From: a virus
Reading direction: 5' to 3' (one strand)
Length of the DNA: 64,000 nucleotides
Virus record (IMG/VR): IMGVR_UViG_3300020048_000026
Coordinates: 90,854 to 154,853 of that record
Part shown: one piece after another, positions 48,923 to 58,008 of the stretch
Numbering within the stretch: position 1 is the first letter of the stretch
Layout: every line of letters begins with the position of its first letter
Translations under genes and position numbers: made by a program
Notes under the pieces: model-generated
Seen by the model: only the letters and a program-made list of their open reading frames with translations
Told to the model about the DNA's origin: nothing
Databases searched by the model: none

Positions 48923-51900
48923 ATGATAAATAAAAGTTTTCAATTACTAAGAGCAAATCCAGCATTGACGACAAATGTTAAACTGGTTGTTGATACAGAT
49001 TACAAATTATATTTAGAATCTTTTGATAGTAATTCACAATTATCTGATCAAAAATATAAACATTTCAGAATAAGTAAAAATCACTTATATGAAGAAATTG
49101 TAACTAGATTTTATGATGGTTTATTATCACAATTGGCATTTGATGTAAAATATGATTCTGATGATACAACTGTTTTTACAACATATGATCATCAATTTGA
49201 TGATACATATTGGTCTGGTGCTAAGTCTATTGAAGATAAATGGTTCAAACATGATTATGAATATTTAGCACCATTGTTTATAAAAAAAGGTAGTATACCG
49301 GAAGGATTTGTTGTTTTACGTGTAGATGAGGCTACTCCTTATGAGGAAAATGGAAATGAATTCAATGTTACTAAGTTAACTAAAGATAATTTTTATACTC
49401 AAATTGTGGATAAATGGAAGTGTGTAAATTTCTATGATATGAGATATCAAAGTGATTTTGGGTTCTTCTTATCTAAAAATTTTATAGAAAATACTAGATT
49501 TCCAGAAAATGCGTTTGAATTAAATTTTACGAAATATGAATATTCTAAGTTTTATGGTATAGACTATGATAATGGTGTATATGCAACAAAATCTAAATTT
49601 TTACAAGATATTTTGTATTATGAACAACCTCATTTTAGATTAGAAAAAGAAATTTTGAATACATTTAGAGATAATAGTTTGATTTTTCCACATATTTTAA
49701 ATATAAAATTTATATTTAGTGATGTTCCCGCAACACCTGATAATGTTAAAAATTATTCATTAAATAGATATTATGGATTCTATATAGATAAATTAGATTT
49801 TATAACAAATTTAACATCATATGTAACACCTGAATTAAAACCTGGTCTAACTTTGAAAAATAATATTTTTATGGATGGAACAGTTGAAAGTATAGAATCA
49901 CCATTTGTAGAAGGGTTTGAACCAGATAAGACGTATTGGCTTCATTATAATGATGATTTTTATCAAGTTATCAAAGTTTTAGAAAGTGGTAAATATGTCT
50001 ATAAGGTGATTAGTGATTTTGATATGAGTGGTATAACATTAACTAATTTTAATGATAGAACATGTTTTATAAATTATCAAGAGGGTTATAACTATAGATG
50101 TAAAACAATTCAAAATCCATCAGGATATACAAATTATATATCTGGGTTCACTTCTAATTTTCAGATTGATCCTTATTATGATAATGGAAATATTGAAACT
50201 ATGTATGGTGACCTTTATTTAATTGATATAGACGGTAGTTTTCATGTTTTGAAAAAAAGAGGTTTAGATTATTTTGTTCAATCTGATTATGCTATTAATT
50301 CATATCCAACATTTTTAGAATATTGGAAAGGTGGAAAAAGCAGTAAGTATTATATATCTAAGCCAATATATAAATATGGTGAAAAACCAATGGTTTATCC
50401 TGTTTATAGATTGAAATTTAGTGATATAAAAGATTTTGATTTTAATAGAGTTAATACACATTTTTCAGATTTTGAATATGAAAAAGATACATATCATTCA
50501 ACACAAGAACATAAATTATACGCTACTGATTATACTGATAAATCCGTACTAAATAAGAACTTTATGGTACATGCGAGAGGTGAAGATGGTCAATACCAAA
50601 TAATGAATGTTTCATCTGAGTATATTGCTGATGATGAATTATATGAAGTTGAATTTAATGATTTAAAAGATATATGGAGAAAAAATCAATCTGTTGTTAA
50701 ATGGGGGTTTGCAGGCTCAAATTCAAATTGTGATTATCCATATAAATTAAATAATTCTATTGATATTGGTGATATTTATAATAGAACTTGTAATATTAAA
50801 ATGAGTTTTCCGAAAGAAATTGAAAAAAATTTAGATTATTTTTATAGAATTGGAAATTTTTTATCAGGTAACACTTTAGGTACAAGTGGTTTAACACTTA
50901 GATATTTGAATCAAACTACTAATATTGAAACTGATCTTATGGAAAATTTCAGCAAGAAATTTAATTTAGATTTATATTTAAATTCTGAAGTTGATTATTT
51001 TGATTATTTTTTCAAGAATAAATCTTATTTTACGATAGATGATATAAATTATATAAAACCAACCAATAAATATTCAACATTTCAATCAGGTGATAAATAT
51101 ACACCATCAACAACTTTATTTAAAGGTTTAAATATTAATATTTTACCTGTTGATAGTATATCTAGAGATACTTATGGTAAAATAACAGATATTATTTATA
51201 ATAACAATAAAAATTTTAATGGATATAAATTTGCTATTATTTTAAATGATGTTTATGATTATTTTGATGCAAATACTCATGTTGGATTAAATGAAAATGG
51301 TTTAAGTGGTAATACTGTAATTGATAATTCTGTAAATGCAATTCATGTATTTTTAAATGATAAATTTAAAAATGTACTAATTGTTATTAACATTAGAATA
51401 CCAATGCAACAAAAATTGATAAATTTGAATAATGTTCCTGTTTTTGGTGAGAAATTTGGACTCTATACAACAAGAAGATTAGATGTTAAAAAATTTACAT
51501 ATCCTTTATCTGCAAGTACCGTTAAACAATATGATTCTGATCTAATTAGTGCAGCTAATTTTATTGATGCTTTTGATGATATGAATACATTATCAGAATT
51601 TGAATCTGGTATAACCTTCTATTATGTTAATTCTACTGGTGAATTTGGTTCAACTGGACCTATTAATATTTTTAATTCTGGTAATACAATGGTATCAGTA
51701 ACTAATTGGAACAAGGTTGATCCACCTTTTATTCTTACTATAAATGATCCTCAAATACTAGAAACTAAACCACAATCTTATATTAAAGAAGCAATAAAAG
51801 GACCATCAACAAATATTTATGATAAATATAAAACTTATTATACTGGTGATGAAAGACAAAACATAAATGTTACTGAACCTTTGGCAAGAACAATGAAATT

Positions 51901-52372
51901 AAATATACAGCAAAATACTAATAATACTGTATATGCATCAAACAATGTTGCTGTAAATAATCAGATTTTTAGATATAATGGTGTATATGAACCTATATTT
52001 GTAGATGTGCCTCTATTTAATAATACTTACATATACTTATCAGGTGTAACAAATAAATACTGGGAATCAAATTATAAGTTTGATACTTCGTATGAAAATT
52101 TTGGTGTTATTGAAGAACTGATATTCTCTAAGGTTAACCCAAAAATATCACCACTTAAATTAAAAAACACAGATACTGATAAATCAATCTATCCAATGGT
52201 TGATGAGTTTGGTTATCAATTTAGTTATAGATTTATTTTTAATTCTTCTTGGGATAAAGATTTTTATATTTTAACTAGTCCTGATCAAAATGTAAATAAA
52301 AAAACATTTGCGACTCTTGCAAATTATCAAAATATTATTGCAGCAGCACAAACAATAAATAGTCAATCCTAA
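48923..52372 (+). CDS. Large probable virion structural protein
   Basis: 1149 aa, co-transcribed with 45679; many SGxT motifs. Confidence 0.6.
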   Translation: MINKSFQLLRANPALTTNVKLVVDTDYKLYLESFDSNSQLSDQKYKHFRISKNHLYEEIVTRFYDGLLSQLAFDVKYDSDDTTVFTTYDHQFDDTYWSGAKSIEDKWFKHDYEYLAPLFIKKGSIPEGFVVLRVDEATPYEENGNEFNVTKLTKDNFYTQIVDKWKCVNFYDMRYQSDFGFFLSKNFIENTRFPENAFELNFTKYEYSKFYGIDYDNGVYATKSKFLQDILYYEQPHFRLEKEILNTFRDNSLIFPHILNIKFIFSDVPATPDNVKNYSLNRYYGFYIDKLDFITNLTSYVTPELKPGLTLKNNIFMDGTVESIESPFVEGFEPDKTYWLHYNDDFYQVIKVLESGKYVYKVISDFDMSGITLTNFNDRTCFINYQEGYNYRCKTIQNPSGYTNYISGFTSNFQIDPYYDNGNIETMYGDLYLIDIDGSFHVLKKRGLDYFVQSDYAINSYPTFLEYWKGGKSSKYYISKPIYKYGEKPMVYPVYRLKFSDIKDFDFNRVNTHFSDFEYEKDTYHSTQEHKLYATDYTDKSVLNKNFMVHARGEDGQYQIMNVSSEYIADDELYEVEFNDLKDIWRKNQSVVKWGFAGSNSNCDYPYKLNNSIDIGDIYNRTCNIKMSFPKEIEKNLDYFYRIGNFLSGNTLGTSGLTLRYLNQTTNIETDLMENFSKKFNLDLYLNSEVDYFDYFFKNKSYFTIDDINYIKPTNKYSTFQSGDKYTPSTTLFKGLNINILPVDSISRDTYGKITDIIYNNNKNFNGYKFAIILNDVYDYFDANTHVGLNENGLSGNTVIDNSVNAIHVFLNDKFKNVLIVINIRIPMQQKLINLNNVPVFGEKFGLYTTRRLDVKKFTYPLSASTVKQYDSDLISAANFIDAFDDMNTLSEFESGITFYYVNSTGEFGSTGPINIFNSGNTMVSVTNWNKVDPPFILTINDPQILETKPQSYIKEAIKGPSTNIYDKYKTYYTGDERQNINVTEPLARTMKLNIQQNTNNTVYASNNVAVNNQIFRYNGVYEPIFVDVPLFNNTYIYLSGVTNKYWESNYKFDTSYENFGVIEELIFSKVNPKISPLKLKNTDTDKSIYPMVDEFGYQFSYRFIFNSSWDKDFYILTSPDQNVNKKTFATLANYQNIIAAAQTINSQS

Positions 52373-52376
52373 ATAT

Positions 52377-53102
52377 ATGAAAAGTAATTTAATGTTAAAA
52401 AAATTTAATACAACTACTGTTCCTGGAACAATGAATCAAAAAGAACTAAGAACTTTTTTTGGTGGTAAAATGGTATATACCGAAGATAATATTTTAATAA
52501 ATGATGATTCTATAAAATTTAGTCAAGTTATCGGAAACTATAACAATGGATATCAATATTTTGATGGTGATACTATTCCAGATGAGTGGGAAACTACTTT
52601 TTCAGAAAATTTAGTGGATTTGAAATCCAATAATCAAACAATATCTTTATTAAGTCAATCTACAACTAATATGACAAATAATACTAGATGGCAAATAACT
52701 ATAAATGGTACCTCAATATTAAGAGATTACTTATTTTTCAGATTGAAAGAGCAAAGAATTTTTAAAATGATAAATGCAGTAGAAACATATTCAAATAATA
52801 TAAATAACGCTATTTATGATTATATTAATAATAATATTATTAGTAGATATAGATTAGTAAATGTTAATTTTTATGTTGAATATTATGATATTAAAAAACA
52901 ATCTATTTATAATACAATAAAATTACAGTATAATCCAAAATTTACTTTAGAAGTATTTGATAGTGCTAATCTTACTAATGTTAATATTGTTGGATTTGAT
53001 CCATATAAATATGATTCAATAAATATACAATACAATCAATCTAAGCCTTCTAATCAATATACTTTTGATTATTATTTTGATCTAAATTTCTCAAAAATAT
53101 AA
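52377..53102 (+). CDS. Probable structural protein
   Basis: 241 aa, same late operon. Confidence 0.6.
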   Translation: MKSNLMLKKFNTTTVPGTMNQKELRTFFGGKMVYTEDNILINDDSIKFSQVIGNYNNGYQYFDGDTIPDEWETTFSENLVDLKSNNQTISLLSQSTTNMTNNTRWQITINGTSILRDYLFFRLKEQRIFKMINAVETYSNNINNAIYDYINNNIISRYRLVNVNFYVEYYDIKKQSIYNTIKLQYNPKFTLEVFDSANLTNVNIVGFDPYKYDSINIQYNQSKPSNQYTFDYYFDLNFSKI

Positions 53103-53150
53103 ACAAATATAGATTTATACGATATATAAATAAAAAATAATGGAATTTTC

Positions 53151-53618
53151 ATGTCTGAAACCGAAGAAAAAATAGAAGAAAAAGATTCAAGAAAAGAGAT
53201 ATCAAAAAAAATGATAGAATCAACAAAACAATGGAAATCAATTGTTAAAGATTTGAGCACAAGATTAAGAGGTGATGTAAAATATGTAATTGATATTCAA
53301 TCAGAAGCAATTAGTCATCGCCAAGATGTTGTAGAAGAAATAAGAACTTATAGCATTAAAATTTATAAATTAGTTCAAAAAATGAAAGTTTTAACAAAGG
53401 CGAGATTTGAATTTTATGCAACATCATACCAAGTTAAAACATCTGGTACGGAAAAATTAAAATTAATAGAAGCAGATTTATCTGAATATCAATTATTTAT
53501 AAATGAGTTAGATGAGCATGTATCTTTTTTAAGAGAAACATCTAAAGATTTGGATTTGATAAACTATTCTGTTAAAAATAAAATAGAGTTAACAAATATT
53601 TTAGGAGGTTATAAATGA
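53151..53618 (+). CDS. UvsY-like recombination mediator
   Basis: Helical 155 aa, RFEFYA, LIEADL, INYSVKNKIEL C-terminus; upstream of UvsW as in T4-like phages. Confidence 0.6.
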   Translation: MSETEEKIEEKDSRKEISKKMIESTKQWKSIVKDLSTRLRGDVKYVIDIQSEAISHRQDVVEEIRTYSIKIYKLVQKMKVLTKARFEFYATSYQVKTSGTEKLKLIEADLSEYQLFINELDEHVSFLRETSKDLDLINYSVKNKIELTNILGGYK

Positions 53619-53929
53619 TAAACAATGTGTCAGTTGGTTATCCATCATCTATGATTGGTGATATTGATATACAGAAATATCGCATTCGATCTGTTTCTAT
53701 GATTTCAGAAGCAACTTGGACTCCAAGAATTATTATTACACATTTTGATGGTAAAGAATTTTATTATTCATTGTCAAGATTGTATATTGAAGATTTAAGA
53801 GCACAAAAGATAGATGTTACTAATCAAATAATTTGGAATCATATTAAAAAAGAATGTGCTGTCTGGTTAAGAAGAGAGAAATTAGAAAAAATAAATTCAT
53901 TAGAATTTATTGATATACAATTAAGTTAA
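53615..53929 (+). CDS. Hypothetical protein with RKxKL tag
   Basis: WLRREKLEKINSL near C-terminus. Confidence 0.65.
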   Translation: MINNVSVGYPSSMIGDIDIQKYRIRSVSMISEATWTPRIIITHFDGKEFYYSLSRLYIEDLRAQKIDVTNQIIWNHIKKECAVWLRREKLEKINSLEFIDIQLS

Positions 53930-53944
53930 AAACAAATTAAGGTT

Positions 53945-54370
53945 ATGAAAAAGATTTTCGTATTATTGTTGTTATCATTATTTATGATAGGTTTTTCATG
54001 TAAGAATGAAAAACAAGAATCTAAAATTAATTATGAGATTAATTCAGATTCATTATTTTTTGATAGTATTGGACATGTTGGTAATGTTGAATCTATTGAA
54101 ATTGTGTCTCTTGAAAAATTCAAATCAAGAGATTTATATGTAAAAAATTGTAAATTTTGTCACGGTAATTATGGTCAAGGAGATGGTATAAAGGCTAGAT
54201 TAGATACTACCCTATGTCCATATGATTTAAGTAACGAAACAAAATCTGATCAATTTGTATATTATGTAATATTAAATGGTAAAAATAAAATGCCTGATCA
54301 TAAAGATATGAATTCGGATAATAGCAAAATTCTGGTAATTTATATTAAAAGATTTAGGGATAAAAAATGA
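53945..54370 (+). CDS. c-type cytochrome lipoprotein
   Basis: Lipoprotein-like signal (IGFSC), LYVKNCKFCHG..G.GDG heme motif, I.NGKNKMP distal Met. Confidence 0.8.
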   Translation: MKKIFVLLLLSLFMIGFSCKNEKQESKINYEINSDSLFFDSIGHVGNVESIEIVSLEKFKSRDLYVKNCKFCHGNYGQGDGIKARLDTTLCPYDLSNETKSDQFVYYVILNGKNKMPDHKDMNSDNSKILVIYIKRFRDKK

Positions 54371-54383
54371 AATTAAATCCTGA

Positions 54384-55943
54384 ATGAAATTTAAATTAAA
54401 TCCAGATAATTCTAAACTCATACTAACTGAATCTTCAAAAGGTGAATATAATCAATTAAAACTTTATTTGACTAGAAAGGTGAAGAATCATCATTTTATG
54501 AAGCGTGTTAAATTAGGCGTGTGGGATGGTAGCATAGATATGTTCAAAAATGGGTTTATAGATTTTGGTTTGTGGCAAGAAGTTTATCAATGTTGTAAAC
54601 AATATGGCTATCCATTTATAATTGAAAACAAAGAACAATTTCCACTTAATAAAGATATAACTAAGGAAGGTTTACAAGAATTTGTTGATGAGTTTTATAA
54701 AGATCACAAAACACCTGCTGGCGCTGAGTTTACTCCTTATGATCATCAAGTTGATGCAATTTATCAATTATTAAAGTATCAATTTGGATTAGTTGAAATT
54801 GCTACTGCTGGAGGTAAATCTTTAGTGTTTGGTACGCTACTTTTCTATTATTTAACAAAAGTTAATGCTGATGCTAAATTTCTTTTGATTGTACCAAATA
54901 TAAGTTTAGTTACACAGTTTTACAATGACTTAAATGATTATAATTTTGGATTTCAAAGTGATAATACAACTCCATTAGATATTCGTATTGATGAGGTTAT
55001 GAGTGATAAACCAAGAAAATATAGAGATGAGGAAAAGAAACCTAATATTTATATTGGAACTTATCAAAGTTTGGAAAAATGGCCCCGAGAGTGGTTCCGT
55101 CAATTTGATGTTGTCGCTTGTGATGAGGCACATACTTGTAAAGCAAACACTCTTATTTCTATCTTAACAAGAACATTTGGTAGTGCAAAACTTCGTTTTG
55201 GTATGTCTGGAACTTATCCTTCACCAACTTCAGTTGAAATATTAACAATACAATCTTTATTAGGACCTAAATTAGTAAATGTTAGTGCTAAGAAATTGAT
55301 GGATAAAGGTTTAATTTCTGATGTGAAAATTAAGGCTATTTTATTACATCATGATAATCATAAATTTGCGGAGGGTGTTTATAATATTAAGAAAAGAGGA
55401 GATGGTCAAAAAGCGTGGCAATTAGAAAGAGAGTATGTTCATAAATCATCTAAGAGAAGAGTTTTTATTAAAAATCTTGTAGATAAGTTTAAATCAAATT
55501 CATTAATTTTATTTCATACAATAGAGTATGGTACAGAGTTATATAATTATATAAAAGATAATTGTATAGGAAAGGATGTATTTTATATTGATGGTGGTAC
55601 ATCTATGGAAAAGAGAGAGTATATAAAAAAGTTAATGGAGGTTACTACTGGAAATCCAAAAATTTTAGTTGCGAGTTATGGTACAACAAGTACAGGTGTA
55701 AATATAAAAGCTATTACTAATATTGTATTTGCTGATAGTTTTAAATCAGATCAAATTATAAGACAATCAATTGGTCGTGGATTAAGATTACATGCTGAAA
55801 AAAACAAATTAGTTGTATTTGATTTAGTTGATATTTTTCATGCTGATTATAAAACCATCTTATATAGACAATATGAATCAAGACGTGATGATGTCTATAA
55901 GAAACAAAAATATCCGTTTGATGAATTAAAAGTTAAATTATAA
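54384..55943 (+). CDS. uvsW: UvsW-like SF2 DNA helicase
   Basis: PYDHQ, ATAGGKS, LIVPNISLVTQ, TYQS, DEAH, GMSGT, ASYGTTSTGVNI, QSIGRGLR. Confidence 0.9.
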   Translation: MKFKLNPDNSKLILTESSKGEYNQLKLYLTRKVKNHHFMKRVKLGVWDGSIDMFKNGFIDFGLWQEVYQCCKQYGYPFIIENKEQFPLNKDITKEGLQEFVDEFYKDHKTPAGAEFTPYDHQVDAIYQLLKYQFGLVEIATAGGKSLVFGTLLFYYLTKVNADAKFLLIVPNISLVTQFYNDLNDYNFGFQSDNTTPLDIRIDEVMSDKPRKYRDEEKKPNIYIGTYQSLEKWPREWFRQFDVVACDEAHTCKANTLISILTRTFGSAKLRFGMSGTYPSPTSVEILTIQSLLGPKLVNVSAKKLMDKGLISDVKIKAILLHHDNHKFAEGVYNIKKRGDGQKAWQLEREYVHKSSKRRVFIKNLVDKFKSNSLILFHTIEYGTELYNYIKDNCIGKDVFYIDGGTSMEKREYIKKLMEVTTGNPKILVASYGTTSTGVNIKAITNIVFADSFKSDQIIRQSIGRGLRLHAEKNKLVVFDLVDIFHADYKTILYRQYESRRDDVYKKQKYPFDELKVKL

Positions 55944-56768
55944 ATTATATTTTTGAATATCTTCTCTTTGGTTCCAAATTATTTTACAATAGTTTATTGT
56001 CGTAAACTTTACACCTAAAAATTCTTTATGTCCAGAGACTTTTGCTGCTAATTTAACATTGTCACCTTTTTTAACTTCTTTGTTGGTTCCAATATTATAA
56101 GTCATATATTTGTTACCTTCTTTATCAATTAATTTACATCTACATTGAAATTCATCAATACCTTCAATTTTTTCAACATTATAGATTTCTGCTTCTATTT
56201 CTATTTTATCACCTATTTTACCAATAAATTGGCTTTTACTTTCTTCTAGATTTTTCTTCTTAATTGTATCAAAATAAAGATCATTATAATATTTTAATCT
56301 TTCTGCTCTTTCTGGACTTTTTCCATCATAATTTTTAGTTAACCAAATAATATATTGTGGATCTTCAACAAAAATATCTCCTAATGTTTTACCACGATAT
56401 TTACCAAATGACATTAATTCTGCTTTGGCAGATTTAAACATACCTGCATTAGTACCTGTTCTATCTATCATAACTGGTACTCTACCTGTTGCAATTTTAG
56501 CTTTTTCAACCGCAGTATTAAAATCTGTACTAAGATTTGTTATAAAATTATAAACAGTTTTTACACCTGGTTTAAATCTCCATAATGTATAATAAACTGA
56601 GTATTTTCCAGATGTATCTATATAAAAATACCCAAATTTACTTAAATCCCAACTTGGATCTTTACCTTCTTTTAAATAAATTTCAGCGTCTTGAACTTCT
56701 TTATCAGATGGTTCTTTAAGAGAAGACATTTTGTTTTCGTTGTACTGTGTAAAATTATTTATTTTCAT
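55938..56768 (-). CDS. DUF3820-like plus OB-fold protein with CTS-like and KYNL tags
   Basis: MSFGKYRGKTL.DI...DPQYIIWL; FIGKIGDK...KGDNVKLAAKV OB-like; ends DIQKYNL. Confidence 0.7.
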   Translation of the reverse strand: MKINNFTQYNENKMSSLKEPSDKEVQDAEIYLKEGKDPSWDLSKFGYFYIDTSGKYSVYYTLWRFKPGVKTVYNFITNLSTDFNTAVEKAKIATGRVPVMIDRTGTNAGMFKSAKAELMSFGKYRGKTLGDIFVEDPQYIIWLTKNYDGKSPERAERLKYYNDLYFDTIKKKNLEESKSQFIGKIGDKIEIEAEIYNVEKIEGIDEFQCRCKLIDKEGNKYMTYNIGTNKEVKKGDNVKLAAKVSGHKEFLGVKFTTINYCKIIWNQREDIQKYNL

Positions 56769-57123
56769 AAAATTTAAGACATTTATCTATTTCTTTTTGA
56801 AGTTTTGTTGGTATAAAAGGTTTTTGAACATAAAATAATGCTCCCATATCTTTTATTTTTTTTATAGCTTCATTACCACCAGCGGTTACAATAATAATTG
56901 GTATGTTATATTTTTTTGCTATAATAGAAAAAGTTTCAAAACCATCCATTTGAGGCATAAATATATCTAATAATATTAAATCTGGTGGATCTTGTTTAAT
57001 AAATTTTATAGCATCAATTCCGTTGATTGCAATCTGTGTATAATATCCTAATTTTTGTGCAATTGCCTGTTGTAAAAATGTGCTATCAGCATCATCATCA
57101 ACAATAAGAATTTTATTTTTCAT
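56755..57123 (-). CDS. Stand-alone CheY-like response regulator
   Basis: ILIVDDD, PDLILLDIFMPQMDG, PIIIVTA, GA..YVQKPF. Confidence 0.92.
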   Translation of the reverse strand: MKNKILIVDDDADSTFLQQAIAQKLGYYTQIAINGIDAIKFIKQDPPDLILLDIFMPQMDGFETFSIIAKKYNIPIIIVTAGGNEAIKKIKDMGALFYVQKPFIPTKLQKEIDKCLKFYENK

Positions 57124-57232
57124 TTCAAATATTATTTTATTGTATATATTAATTTTTATATTAAGTTAATTTAAAACAAATATTAAACTTTGTCATATAT
57201 ATGTTATATTATAGAAAAAATAACACTAACAT

Positions 57233-57718
57233 ATGATAATAACAGTAACACCAGAAGACTTAATTCGTAGATGTTTATGGTCTGATTATAAGAGATTTGT
57301 GCTAAAAGATAAATCTGAACAAGAAATACAAACCTTAGTTAAAGATAATAAACCAATTGTGTTAACAGAAGAACATGGATATGCGATAGGATTATTGAAA
57401 ATCATAGAAACTGATAATTTAGTTCATAGATTTACTGTTCATATGAAAGAAATGATAAATATGAAATCTACTATTTTTGATAAAAATGTTTATATGTCTG
57501 TAAAAATTGTTGAAAATGAATTAGAAAGTTTTAAAAAAAGATTTCCTGAATATTGGGTAGCTGATACAGTCTATGAAAAATCAATTAAAGATGTTATAAC
57601 ACACATCACACAACTTCAAGCCTTAATTAAATCATTTGAAATTTTTGAATTTAAGATTAAGGATAAGAAGGTTAGATACTTCCAATCAAAAGATATTAAA
57701 AAAATGGTTGAGAATTAA
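57233..57718 (+). CDS. Hypothetical protein
   Basis: 161 aa; AAAAC-N18-TATATA at 57173-57201. Confidence 0.7.
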   Translation: MIITVTPEDLIRRCLWSDYKRFVLKDKSEQEIQTLVKDNKPIVLTEEHGYAIGLLKIIETDNLVHRFTVHMKEMINMKSTIFDKNVYMSVKIVENELESFKKRFPEYWVADTVYEKSIKDVITHITQLQALIKSFEIFEFKIKDKKVRYFQSKDIKKMVEN

Positions 57719-57720
57719 AA

Positions 57721-58008
57721 TTATAAATTGTATTTTTTAGCATCTATTTTTATTTTTAATTCATCTATATCTTTTGATATATAAAGAATTTCTTCTGGTT
57801 TAAAAACTTGAACGGTTTGAATAGTTTTTCTATCACTTTCATCATCAATTTTAAATCTGACAAAAATATGATTGTTAGCATAATTATAAATTTGACCAAT
57901 GTGTGTTTCTAAAAAATTATTGTAACTATCTGAATACTCACGATTAGATTTTATTAAAACATAATTGTCAATTAGATTTTTATTTTCAAATAATTTAATA
58001 TATTTCAT
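57721..58008 (-). CDS. CTS-like/KYNL-tagged hypothetical protein
   Basis: MKYIKLFEN...DAKKYNL; body resembles 44288 (YV...FL...IGQ). Confidence 0.75.
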   Translation of the reverse strand: MKYIKLFENKNLIDNYVLIKSNREYSDSYNNFLETHIGQIYNYANNHIFVRFKIDDESDRKTIQTVQVFKPEEILYISKDIDELKIKIDAKKYNL

